Positions 10,846 to 19,413 of a stretch of 64,000 nt of DNA are shown one piece after another; position 1 is the first letter of the stretch, and each line of letters begins with the position of its first letter. Made by a program: the position numbers and the translations under genes. Below the pieces are notes generated by a model. That model had not been told where the DNA came from. It did not search any database and saw nothing but the letters and a program-made list of their open reading frames with translations. The stretch covers positions 1 to 64,000 of the forward strand of contig JALUCS010000126.1 of assembly GCA_027050205.1 (NCBI GenBank), in the 5' to 3' direction. This DNA comes from a candidate division WOR-3 bacterium. Lineage in GTDB: Bacteria; Hydrothermota; Hydrothermia; LBFQ01.

Positions 10846-13197
10846 CCTCACTACGACGAACTTGCCCGTTGCCGTCCCCCTCTCCGTCATCACCACTACG
10901 AAGTACAGCCCTTCGGGTAGGTTGGAGATGTTCAGGCTCAACTCCGTCTCCCCTACGCTTATGTTCCTGGTCACCTTCTCCTCCCTTACGAGGTGGCCGG
11001 AGGCCGAGTATATGCGGATGGCCACGTAGTCGGCCGGGTAGGGACTCTCAACGACTAAGGTTATACGCCTGTGCCTGGACTTTGAGTAGGGGTTGGGATA
11101 GACCTTCGCCACCCTCATCCGTGGGCCTGTAGGCTCCACCTCAAACGGCTCGGCCGTAGCGAGGGCGTAGGCGTCGGGCATTCCGTACCCCGTCAGGTAG
11201 TTGGGCGTCGGATAGCCGGGGAGCTGGGAGGCTGTCTCAAGGAGCTTCCGCCGGAGCTTGGCGACGTCCCACGATGGATGGACCTCAAGGGCGAGGGCGA
11301 GGGCGCCCACCGTCAGGGGCGTGGAGTAGGAGGTCCCGGATACGCTCACGAGGGGGAAGGAGTCGTCCACCGCCACCACCGTGAAGGGGGCAGCCACCTC
11401 CGGCTTCACCCGGCCATCCGCGGAGGGGCCGAAGGCAGACCGGTTGGCCGGGAGCCACCTCCCGGAGACGGAGTCCCATATTACGCCGCTAACCGCCACC
11501 ATATCGTAGGCGTCGGCGGGGGCCGTAAGCGTTGTGTCCCCTACGAGGGGGTCGGGCAGGGGCCTGTTTCCGACGTTCCCCATGGCGGCGACCACCAAAA
11601 GGCCGTACTTGAGGGCCTGGGAGACCGCCCGTGAGGAGACGGCCGTCCGGCCGTCCATCATATCCTTCGTGTATCCGAGGTCCGCCCCGTAGCCCAGGCT
11701 GATGTTGGCTATCTGCACACCCCGACGCACCGCCCACTCCAACGCTGCTACGAGGAAGTCCTCCTCTATGCGGTTCTCCCACACCACCCCCGTATCCGTA
11801 CGGCCCACCTTCTCCGTCTTGGCGAGGTAGTAGGTCGCCCCCGGCGCCACCCCGATCAGCCTCCCCTCAACGTACCCGGCCAGGACGGAGAGGACGCGGG
11901 TACCGTGGTACCGGCCTATCCCGTACTCCGGGGCCTCCGCAACCGTGTCCCCCCTGGCCCGGAAGACCAACCTATCCCCGAAGAAGGTGGGTTTGTCGCA
12001 CGAGGTCCACCCGTAGGTGCCAAGGAGGTTGCCGAGGGTGTCGTACACCTCTATACGGTCGGGGGAGGGTACCGCCACCTCCGTACCGTTGAAGGCCACC
12101 TCCGTGAGCATAGGGGCGGAGGCTACGGGTCTCCCACCGACGAAGGCCGTATCGTTCCTGACGTAGGCCACCTTACCGCCGGCGTATACGGGACGGAAGC
12201 CGGGAAACAGGGGGGTGGTACCGCTGCGGGTCATCATATAGACCGTATCCCCGTCGGAGAAGAGTAGGGTATCCCCCTTTAGGTGCATCCCCCCGAAACC
12301 CTCTACCCTCTTACCCCTCCAGCACTCTATGGAGGATATTGCTCTATCGTAATAGCACAATTTTACGCTGTCCCCAGTGAAGGCCCCCAACGTGAGGGTG
12401 TCGGGTAGGGTGTCTAAGACGGCCATCTGGTAGCCGGTGAAGGTCCTTATGTCCTTTACAGTATCCTCCACCGTATCCACGGTGGCGAGGTGTAGGGTTC
12501 CGAAGCCGGAGGTCCATGCTACGAATATGCTGTCCCCAAGGAGGGCCAGCGAGGGGTTGTACTCGTACCCCATCTGGACGTTCCTAAGGCTCCACGAGCT
12601 GTCCTCGTTCAGGACGTACAGATAGAGGTTCCACGCCCGCGTGTTCGTTCCCTGTAGGGCCTTCTCGTCGGCACCGGAGTAGATGCAGAGGAAGGAGGAG
12701 GACAGGGGGAGGCAGTCGTAGGAGTGGACGTAGAAGGGTATGGGAACGGGGGGAGGGATCTCCCTGTCCTCCAACATCAGGCGGTCCCCACTGTTGAAGT
12801 CCATCTGACCGCCCACCTTAACGCCGAAGAGGGCGGGGTTGTTCAGGTCAAAGCCCGTGTCAAATATCCCGACCTTTACCCCCTTGCCGGTTATACCCAG
12901 CGAGTGGAGGGTGTCGGCCCTTACGGCCTCTACCTGCCGTTTGGACTCCCCGTAGGAGTAAGAGGAGATACCAATATTGCTACTGTTAAGCGGAACAATA
13001 TTCCCGGAGCGTTTCACCCTGTACGTAAGGACGGGTACCCCCTCCGGGTTGAGGCGGAAGCCCCTCGGACTCTTCCCTTCCGCGAACCAGTAGAAGGAGA
13101 AACGTTCGGTTAGGGTGGATTTGGTCCTCATATAGAGGGAGTAGGCCTCCGCGTAAGGTACGTCGCTCGCCCTAAGGGACACCCAAAGAGGTACCAT
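10843..13197 (-). CDS. S8 subtilisin-like serine peptidase with large insert and T9SS-like C-terminal domain
   Basis: Triad motifs GIFDTG, YHGT, SGTSYS; GRVKPEV; tail VYPNP...IYSASG...LPEGLYFV...KFVVVR. Start reset to ATG 13197 (TATAAT 7 nt upstream; removes overlap with divergent gene). Confidence 0.9.
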   Translation of the reverse strand: MVPLWVSLRASDVPYAEAYSLYMRTKSTLTERFSFYWFAEGKSPRGFRLNPEGVPVLTYRVKRSGNIVPLNSSNIGISSYSYGESKRQVEAVRADTLHSLGITGKGVKVGIFDTGFDLNNPALFGVKVGGQMDFNSGDRLMLEDREIPPPVPIPFYVHSYDCLPLSSSFLCIYSGADEKALQGTNTRAWNLYLYVLNEDSSWSLRNVQMGYEYNPSLALLGDSIFVAWTSGFGTLHLATVDTVEDTVKDIRTFTGYQMAVLDTLPDTLTLGAFTGDSVKLCYYDRAISSIECWRGKRVEGFGGMHLKGDTLLFSDGDTVYMMTRSGTTPLFPGFRPVYAGGKVAYVRNDTAFVGGRPVASAPMLTEVAFNGTEVAVPSPDRIEVYDTLGNLLGTYGWTSCDKPTFFGDRLVFRARGDTVAEAPEYGIGRYHGTRVLSVLAGYVEGRLIGVAPGATYYLAKTEKVGRTDTGVVWENRIEEDFLVAALEWAVRRGVQIANISLGYGADLGYTKDMMDGRTAVSSRAVSQALKYGLLVVAAMGNVGNRPLPDPLVGDTTLTAPADAYDMVAVSGVIWDSVSGRWLPANRSAFGPSADGRVKPEVAAPFTVVAVDDSFPLVSVSGTSYSTPLTVGALALALEVHPSWDVAKLRRKLLETASQLPGYPTPNYLTGYGMPDAYALATAEPFEVEPTGPRMRVAKVYPNPYSKSRHRRITLVVESPYPADYVAIRIYSASGHLVREEKVTRNISVGETELSLNISNLPEGLYFVVVMTERGTATGKFVVVR
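12337..12362. repeat. 26-bp palindromic motif copy inside S8 CDS
   Basis: tattgctcta-tcgtaa-tagcacaatt. Confidence 0.65.
12975..13000. repeat. 26-bp palindromic motif copy inside S8 CDS
   Basis: tattgctact-gttaag-cggaacaata. Confidence 0.7.
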
Positions 13198-13270
13198 AGA
13201 CGCTATTATATTTCCGGAGGGTAGTCGGAATACGTCCCCGTCCGTCCCCGCCGTATAATAGTGCGACCGT

Positions 13271-14368
13271 ATGTGGCTACTTCTCCTTACCGCCACCTCT
13301 TCCGACAGCCTCTTGGTGCGCACAATGAAGCCGGAGATAGAGAAGGTTTTCGTTCCGCCTCCGGACTACACCCTGAACCCCGGCGACCGGGTCCTCATAA
13401 CCGCGTACTCAAAGGAGGTCTCCATAGTCCAGTACGAGACCTTCGTAGATAACAACGGCCTCCTACCCCTTGAGATATCCCCCCTCTCCCGCCCTACGGC
13501 CGTAAAGGTCAAGGGGCTGACCATAGACTCCGCCCAGAAGGTCCTCCTAAAGGCCTACAGGAGGTTCATCCCCTCCGTCGGGTACGTGTCCCTCCAGCTC
13601 ATAGCCCCCTCCAAGTTCTACGTCATACTCCGGGGGAACTTTGACCCCTCCCTCAACGGCTTCCTTCAGGTCAACGGCCTTACGAGGCTCTCCGACCTCG
13701 TTTGGAAGAAGGGGAAGGCCCTCCCTTACTCGGCCTTCAGCCGGGTGGTTGTCAACGGCGATACCTTCAACCTCTGGAGGTACCTCAAGGAGGGGGACAT
13801 AAGCCAGAACCCCCTGCTCAAGGCCTACGATACGGTATTTCTGGATAGGACGGACTCCGTCGTCTATGCCGTCGGGGACTTCTCCAAGGGGAACTACTGG
13901 ACGATAGAGTGGGAGCCGGGGGATAGGGTCCACGACCTCGTCCTTAAGCTCCAGCTCGCCCGCCGTCTCTACACCCTGCGGAGGGTCCTCATAAACGGCC
14001 GGGAGGCCAACTTAAACACCCCCCTGCACGTCGGTGATACGGTTAGTTTTGACTTCGCCATTCCCTACGTCCTCGTCCTCGGAGAGGTCGTCAAACCGGG
14101 TGGGGTGGAGTACGCCCCCCACAAGACCGTCCAGGACTACATAATAGAGTCCTACGGTTTCGGCGAGAGGGCCAACCGCTGGAACATACGGGTGAAACAT
14201 CCGGGGAGTACGAAGTTGGAGAGGGTCTCCCTGGACTACAGGCCCGGTCCGGGGGACGTAATAATCGTCGGCACTACCCTCCTGACCTTCAGGGACCTCG
14301 TCTTCCTCGGCCCCTCCATCGTATCAACGGCCGTCCTCGTCTATACTACCTTCTTCTCAAAGCGTTGA
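13271..14368 (+). CDS. Polysaccharide export protein (Wza-like, SLBB domains)
   Basis: DYTLNPGD, VKVKGLT, VLGEVVKPG...GPGDVIIV SLBB patterns. Confidence 0.8.
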   Translation: MWLLLLTATSSDSLLVRTMKPEIEKVFVPPPDYTLNPGDRVLITAYSKEVSIVQYETFVDNNGLLPLEISPLSRPTAVKVKGLTIDSAQKVLLKAYRRFIPSVGYVSLQLIAPSKFYVILRGNFDPSLNGFLQVNGLTRLSDLVWKKGKALPYSAFSRVVVNGDTFNLWRYLKEGDISQNPLLKAYDTVFLDRTDSVVYAVGDFSKGNYWTIEWEPGDRVHDLVLKLQLARRLYTLRRVLINGREANLNTPLHVGDTVSFDFAIPYVLVLGEVVKPGGVEYAPHKTVQDYIIESYGFGERANRWNIRVKHPGSTKLERVSLDYRPGPGDVIIVGTTLLTFRDLVFLGPSIVSTAVLVYTTFFSKR

Positions 14369-15092
14369 AGAGGCGGTGGTAGAGGGGCGTTAGCCTTGAG
14401 GGTAAGGTTAAGGCCACATCCACCAAGGCGTAGAGGGACAGGAGCTTGTGCCTTAATGTCAGGTCGGGGAGCATAACGGGTATCCTCGGTACGTGCATCC
14501 TACCGAAGGACCTTCGGCAAGAGGGACCGGCGAATCCCCAGCGGTACCCCACCTCTGCGGCTACGGATAGCACCTTCCTATTATATATATTAAAAGGATA
14601 GGCAACGGCGACCACCTCCTCACCGAGGAGGTCCTCAAGGTACTTCTTGGAGTACTCCAACTCGTAGCGGAGTTGCCGGTCGGGTAGGGTGGTCAGGGAA
14701 CGGTGGGAGACCGTGTGGGAGCCTACGAGCCAGCCGGAGCGGTGTAGTTCTATTATAGCGGAACGATCCATGTGCCTTACGGGTATACCGAAGTGAGCGT
14801 CCCACAGGTTCCGCTTGCCAACGAAGTCGGTGATGACGAAGACGGCTCCCTTTACACCCATCTCCTCCATTATCGGGAAGGCCCACCTATGGACCCCCTC
14901 AAGGGCGTCGTCAAAGGTCAGGAGGAAGGCGTCGTAGGGTAGGGGGAAGCGAAGGGCCTTGGGGTCCATAGGGCGAAAGCGGTTGAGGAGGAAGGAGAGG
15001 TGCCTTCGGAAGAACTTCGGGGGTACCCAGTTCCCCGAAAGCCTAAGGTAGGGGGAGACGTCGTGATAGGCGAAGACGAGGGGGTACCTCAC
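14346..15092 (-). CDS. Polysaccharide deacetylase (CE4)
   Basis: YH.V, LTFDDA, GSHTVSH, AYPF motifs. Confidence 0.9.
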   Translation of the reverse strand: MRYPLVFAYHDVSPYLRLSGNWVPPKFFRRHLSFLLNRFRPMDPKALRFPLPYDAFLLTFDDALEGVHRWAFPIMEEMGVKGAVFVITDFVGKRNLWDAHFGIPVRHMDRSAIIELHRSGWLVGSHTVSHRSLTTLPDRQLRYELEYSKKYLEDLLGEEVVAVAYPFNIYNRKVLSVAAEVGYRWGFAGPSCRRSFGRMHVPRIPVMLPDLTLRHKLLSLYALVDVALTLPSRLTPLYHRLFNALRRR

Positions 15093-15379
15093 GGTGGGTA
15101 TTGTACGGTGGAGGGGTTTTGGGCCGGGGTGGTTATTTGTATTATATCAATATTTTCATAATACGACTAATTTTACTGTTTGATGGTATTTTAGTGTTAA
15201 ATTGCAACATTTTAATACAAAGATTTATTTATATGTATAGATAATATAGTTTCAATAAATTGTATAATAATTTTACTTTTTGATAGAAAAGTATTCGTAC
15301 AACACTTAAATATCACACTCCCCACAAACGATTTCCAACCTTTACCCCCACCGGAGGCCGGCCGTATAATATCGCAGGT

Positions 15380-16045
15380 ATGGCCGTATTCAAGAGATTG
15401 GCGGATATCCTTAGGGCGAACATAAACGCCCTGTTGGAGAAGGCGGAGGATCCGGAGAAGATGCTCAAGCTCATCCTATCCGATATGGAGGAGGCCTTGA
15501 GGAAGGCCACGGTGGCGACGGCCCAGGCCGTGGCCAACGAGAGGCGGCTGAAGGCCCAGTACGAGCGGGCGAAGGCCCTCGCCGAGGAGTGGCAGAGGAG
15601 GGCGGAGGAGGCCCTTAAGTCCGGGGACGAGGCCCTCGCTATGAAGGCCCTCAAGAAGAAGGTGGAGTACGAGGAGAAGGCCGCCCGGTACGAGGAGGCT
15701 TACAGGGAGGCTCACGAGGTCTCCGAGAGGATGAGGGACCAGCTGGAGAAGCTCAAGGCCAAGCTTGAGGAGGCTCGGACGCGGTATACGACCCTCATAT
15801 CCCGGAAGAAGGCCGCCGAGGCGCAAAAGACCTTCGCCCAGTACTCCGGTACCTTCGGGGGTGAGGTCTTCTCCAAGTTTGATAAGATGGAGGATAGGAT
15901 CCTCCGGGAGGAGGAGGAGGCCAAGGCCCTCGCAGAGCTGTCCGGCGATACCCTTGAGGACGAGTACGACGAGCTTATGAAGGAGAAGAAGGTCCAGAGC
16001 GAACTTGAGGCCCTCAAGGAGAAGCTCGGCCTGAAGGGAGGGTAG
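15380..16045 (+). CDS. pspA: PspA/IM30 family protein
   Basis: N-terminus F.R..DI..ANINALL.KAEDPEKM; long coiled coil; C-terminal ELEALK. Confidence 0.93.
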   Translation: MAVFKRLADILRANINALLEKAEDPEKMLKLILSDMEEALRKATVATAQAVANERRLKAQYERAKALAEEWQRRAEEALKSGDEALAMKALKKKVEYEEKAARYEEAYREAHEVSERMRDQLEKLKAKLEEARTRYTTLISRKKAAEAQKTFAQYSGTFGGEVFSKFDKMEDRILREEEEAKALAELSGDTLEDEYDELMKEKKVQSELEALKEKLGLKGG

Positions 16046-16050
16046 GGGAG

Positions 16051-16497
16051 ATGAAGGTGAAGATAGTTCCCGGTACGAACGAGAGGCTCCTGCAGGAGGT
16101 CAGGGGGAAGGTCAGGGATTACCTGAAGGACATAGTTGGGGACTTCGTGGAGATGGACGGCATCTTCTCCTTCACCTACGGGAGCGTCACCGTCAACGTT
16201 GAGGTTGTCCCTTGGCACAGTGAGGACGTCTTGGTCAAGGTCTTCTCCTACATAGCAGAGAACGTCTCCCTATCCGAGGAGCTTATGGCCACCCTCCTTG
16301 AGATGAACGCCCGCTTGCCCCTCGGAGCCTTCGCCCTCGGTATGGACAACAGCGTCGTGTTCCGGTACGCCCTCGCCGGGGCCAACCTGAACTTCAACGA
16401 GCTCCTTGCCGCCGTCTATACCGTCGCGACCGTTGCCGACTCCTACGATGAGTTCGTAAAGGGCTACAGCGCGGGGATGGAGAGGAGGCTGGACTGA
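16051..16497 (+). CDS. YbjN / type III chaperone-like fold protein
   Basis: YGS..V, LLEMN....GAF, V..VA..ADSYD pattern; operonic with pspA; GGAG SD. Confidence 0.7.
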   Translation: MKVKIVPGTNERLLQEVRGKVRDYLKDIVGDFVEMDGIFSFTYGSVTVNVEVVPWHSEDVLVKVFSYIAENVSLSEELMATLLEMNARLPLGAFALGMDNSVVFRYALAGANLNFNELLAAVYTVATVADSYDEFVKGYSAGMERRLD

Positions 16498-16498
16498 T

Positions 16499-17095
16499 AT
16501 GGGTACCGTATTGCTCCTATTAACCGTAGCAATACTTCTCCTCCTCGTCGGCGTACCCGTATACCTTATATATCTATATAACAACCTCGTCCGGAAGAGG
16601 CAGCTGGTAAAGGAAGCCTGGAGCGGCGTTGAGGTGCAGCTGAAGCGCAGGGCCGACCTCATCCCCTCGTTGGTAGAGGTCGTAAAGGGGTACGCCAAGC
16701 ACGAAAAGGAGATATTTGAGAAGATAGCCGAGGCGAGGGCGAAGAGCCTCGGAGTGGGGAGCATCGCCGAGAGGGGTAGGGCGGAGGGGGAGCTAACCCG
16801 TGCCTTGAAGAGCATAATAGCCCTCGCCGAGAAGTACCCGGACCTCAAGGCCAATAAGAACTTCCTTGAGCTGCAGAAGGCCTTAACGGACGTAGAGGAC
16901 GAGCTACAGCTCGCCCGCCGATACTACAACGCCACCGTGAGGGAGTACAACACGGCTATACAGATGTTCCCGGCCGTCCTCATAGCCAGGAGTATGGGCT
17001 TTACGCCGGAGGAGTACTTTGACCTTGACGTAGAGGCCTTCAGGAGCGGGGAGGACGCCGTTCAGCAGCGGAGGAGGCCGAAGATAGAGTTCTGA
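16499..17095 (+). CDS. lemA: LemA family protein
   Basis: YNNLV, QLKRRADLIP.LV..VKGYA.HE, YPDLKAN.NF, ARRYYN..V.EYN motifs. Confidence 0.95.
   Translation: MGTVLLLLTVAILLLLVGVPVYLIYLYNNLVRKRQLVKEAWSGVEVQLKRRADLIPSLVEVVKGYAKHEKEIFEKIAEARAKSLGVGSIAERGRAEGELTRALKSIIALAEKYPDLKANKNFLELQKALTDVEDELQLARRYYNATVREYNTAIQMFPAVLIARSMGFTPEEYFDLDVEAFRSGEDAVQQRRRPKIEF
16509..16534. repeat. 26-bp palindromic motif copy inside lemA
   Basis: tattgctcct-attaac-cgtagcaata. Confidence 0.75.
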
Positions 17096-17100
17096 AACGG

Positions 17101-17128
17101 GTTGCACATAAGGTATCTTATGTTAACT
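17101..17128 (+). other. dif: dif site (XerC/XerD chromosome dimer resolution)
   Basis: GTTGCACATAA-GGTATC-TTATGTTAACT; 9/11 and 10/11 identity to the E. coli dif arms GGTGCGCATAA and TTATGTTAAAT, 6-bp spacer, intergenic. Confidence 0.88.
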
Positions 17129-17763
17129 AACCTTTCAGGGAGGGACGGGGGCGGTCAAGAGACCTCTGCCCCTCCCTCCATCTACCGTTGGCATCAAACT
17201 TTCCGCAATCGCTCCGGCCCCTATTGTTCCGCTTTACAGAATCTACAACCCCCGACCCCGATTTAGCGAAGGGTTGGTCGCCCTGTCCCCTACCCTAACG
17301 CCGTTACCTATATGCCGTTTTAGGTACGTCTCCCGGACCCGTGGGGTTCCTAAGGTTCTACGGATTCGTAGATGAGAATACCGGTGCAGTCTTAGATCCA
17401 ACGTAACAGTCCTTGATGCGAATAAATCGCCCGTTGGAGGGCCGGGAAGTAATACCGTAGGGTTCAAACCTCGCCCAACCGCACTTTTATTCGTAGTACC
17501 CTACCCTAATTCAGAAACCTCCATCCAACGCCGTCGGGGAACATCCCCAAACTCCACGGGGCCGGCTTTCGTCAAGCATCAAGTTCCATACGACATAGCC
17601 CGAATCTTATCGGGGAAACCGGCAACAACACCCATGGGACCGCCCGCCGTTTGATAGGGACTCCTATTCGTCGGTTCCTACTTTGATCAAACTGGGATAA
17701 CCCAAGGGCGACTTCGGGGACGTCGTCTGTTCCCTTACGTACCGCTTAAGCGGATCTATGTGT

Positions 17764-17789
17764 TATTGATACGCTAAACCGGAACAATA
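17764..17789. repeat. 26-bp palindromic motif copy
   Basis: tattgatacg-ctaaac-cggaacaata. Confidence 0.7.
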
Positions 17790-17823
17790 ATCACTCCGGC
17801 GAAATGGTTTCCGTTGGATCAAG

Positions 17824-17849
17824 TATTGCTCCTATTAAATAGAACAATA
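17824..17849. repeat. 26-bp palindromic motif copy
   Basis: tattgctcct-attaaa-tagaacaata. Confidence 0.8.
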
Positions 17850-17883
17850 CCCAAGACGCCGCCCTCCGTATAATCAACCCGCT

Positions 17884-19125
17884 GTGAGGGGCTTCGTACT
17901 CTACCTTATACCCGTCCTCGCACTCCTATACTCCCTCTCCCTACCCCCCGTAGGCCAGCACGACCATTCCCTCCTCCTGATACACCTGCAGGCCCTCGGC
18001 CTCCTGAAGTACTCCTCCCATCCCCCTACCCTACCCATTTTAGTTAGGGCGGTCTACGAAACCTTAGGGGCGGATTACCAGGTGGTTAGGCTCCTCGCCA
18101 TACTCTCCGCCTCCCTCCTCCCCCTTTCGGCCCTCCTCATAGGTAGTCGTCTCGGTAAGGGCGTAGGGCTGTGGGCCTACCTCCTGGCTCTAACGAGTCC
18201 CCTCTTCCTCATCTACGGAAAGGCTCCTCTGTACGCCCTCTTCGGTTTCTCCTTCGGTGCCTTCGCTCTCGCCCTCCATACGAGCGGGAGGCCTCTCCTG
18301 GCCAACCTCATATCTGCCGTCGCCCTAATCCTGGACTGGACCTCCATCCCCCTCGTCCTCCCCGTCCTCTACGATACCCTCAAAAGGCGAAGGCCTCTCC
18401 TCCTACTCTACCTCCCCACCCTCCCCATATACGCCCTGTGGGTGGCAGACTTCTCAACAGTAGCCGGCGGGGAGTTCTCCCAGAGGCTACCGTCCCCCCA
18501 ATCCCTCCTCCTGTTGGTGCCGGTGGTGGCGTTAAGATTGCTCCTATTTACCGGACCTATAACCCTCCTCGGCATCCTCCACCTCTCCATCCGCCGTACG
18601 AGGCTACCCCGCTTCCTCCTCCGGTACCTCTACCTACAGCTCGCCTTCGTACTCCTATGGGCGAACTTTTACGTTTATCATACCCCCTACCTCTTCAACC
18701 TCCTCCCCCTTTTGGCCGTAGCCGGGGCGTTGGGAGTTGTAAGGATGGGCGTTAGGCTCAAGGCTTCGCTATTAACCCTTTCCATCATCTACTCCGCTGC
18801 TCTCACCTTCCTCCTCCTCTATCCCTACAGGACGTTCGCCGCCTCGGATGTGGGTTGTATATTACTACGCTTAAGCGAATCAAAAGCGGGGGCGAGGTAC
18901 GTCCTCCCCGAAGGCGGCCGACCCCCGAAGTCCCTCAAACTCCTCCTCACCCTCCTACCCCCCGACGACTCCTCCCCTATAACCGTATCCTTCGGACCGA
19001 AAGGGAGACGCCCCATCGTGTTGTACGGCGATACCGTATCAATAACCGGCTACGGTACGGTCAGGTGCCGAGGGGATACGGGACGGATAGACCGACTATT
19101 ACTCCGCTTAAAAGGAATTAAGTAG
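17884..19125 (+). CDS. Polytopic membrane protein, possible GT-C (ArnT/PMT-like) glycosyltransferase
   Basis: HPP motif near N-terminus followed by RLL..L and many TM helices; TATAAT 9 nt before GTG. Confidence 0.5.
   Translation: MRGFVLYLIPVLALLYSLSLPPVGQHDHSLLLIHLQALGLLKYSSHPPTLPILVRAVYETLGADYQVVRLLAILSASLLPLSALLIGSRLGKGVGLWAYLLALTSPLFLIYGKAPLYALFGFSFGAFALALHTSGRPLLANLISAVALILDWTSIPLVLPVLYDTLKRRRPLLLLYLPTLPIYALWVADFSTVAGGEFSQRLPSPQSLLLLVPVVALRLLLFTGPITLLGILHLSIRRTRLPRFLLRYLYLQLAFVLLWANFYVYHTPYLFNLLPLLAVAGALGVVRMGVRLKASLLTLSIIYSAALTFLLLYPYRTFAASDVGCILLRLSESKAGARYVLPEGGRPPKSLKLLLTLLPPDDSSPITVSFGPKGRRPIVLYGDTVSITGYGTVRCRGDTGRIDRLLLRLKGIK
18536..18561. repeat. 26-bp palindromic motif copy inside CDS
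   Basis: gattgctcct-atttac-cggacctata. Confidence 0.55.
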
Positions 19126-19413
19126 GGCCTTGAGGACCTTAGGAGCAGACCGGAGCGTCCGTAGGCTCAAGAGCAGAGAAGGCCTTTCCCGACAACGTTG
19201 AGGACACCCTTGGGCGTATCCTCCATTCCTAATATCCTTTATATATAGGATAGGAGATAGATACATCGCCTTAGACGGGGCGGACCGGCCTTGACCCCTT
19301 CTAGAGCTTCTCATCCCCTACTCTACCTTTATCCCCGCTATCGTACGGCCGTAGGGCCACCGTGCCGGTTAAATTGGCGATTGGGCCGCAGTACCGCAGT
19401 AAAATCCTATCCT

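Noticed and set aside
17139..17179. Hairpin as SRP RNA, 6S RNA or a riboswitch
   Set aside because: Lacks the SRP GGAA loop and internal-loop motif and other family signatures; kept only as an unexplained structure
19223..19242. Palindrome tatcct-ttatatat-aggata upstream of ppdK
   Set aside because: Single occurrence with geometry different from the 26-bp family; could be chance in AT-rich intergenic DNA
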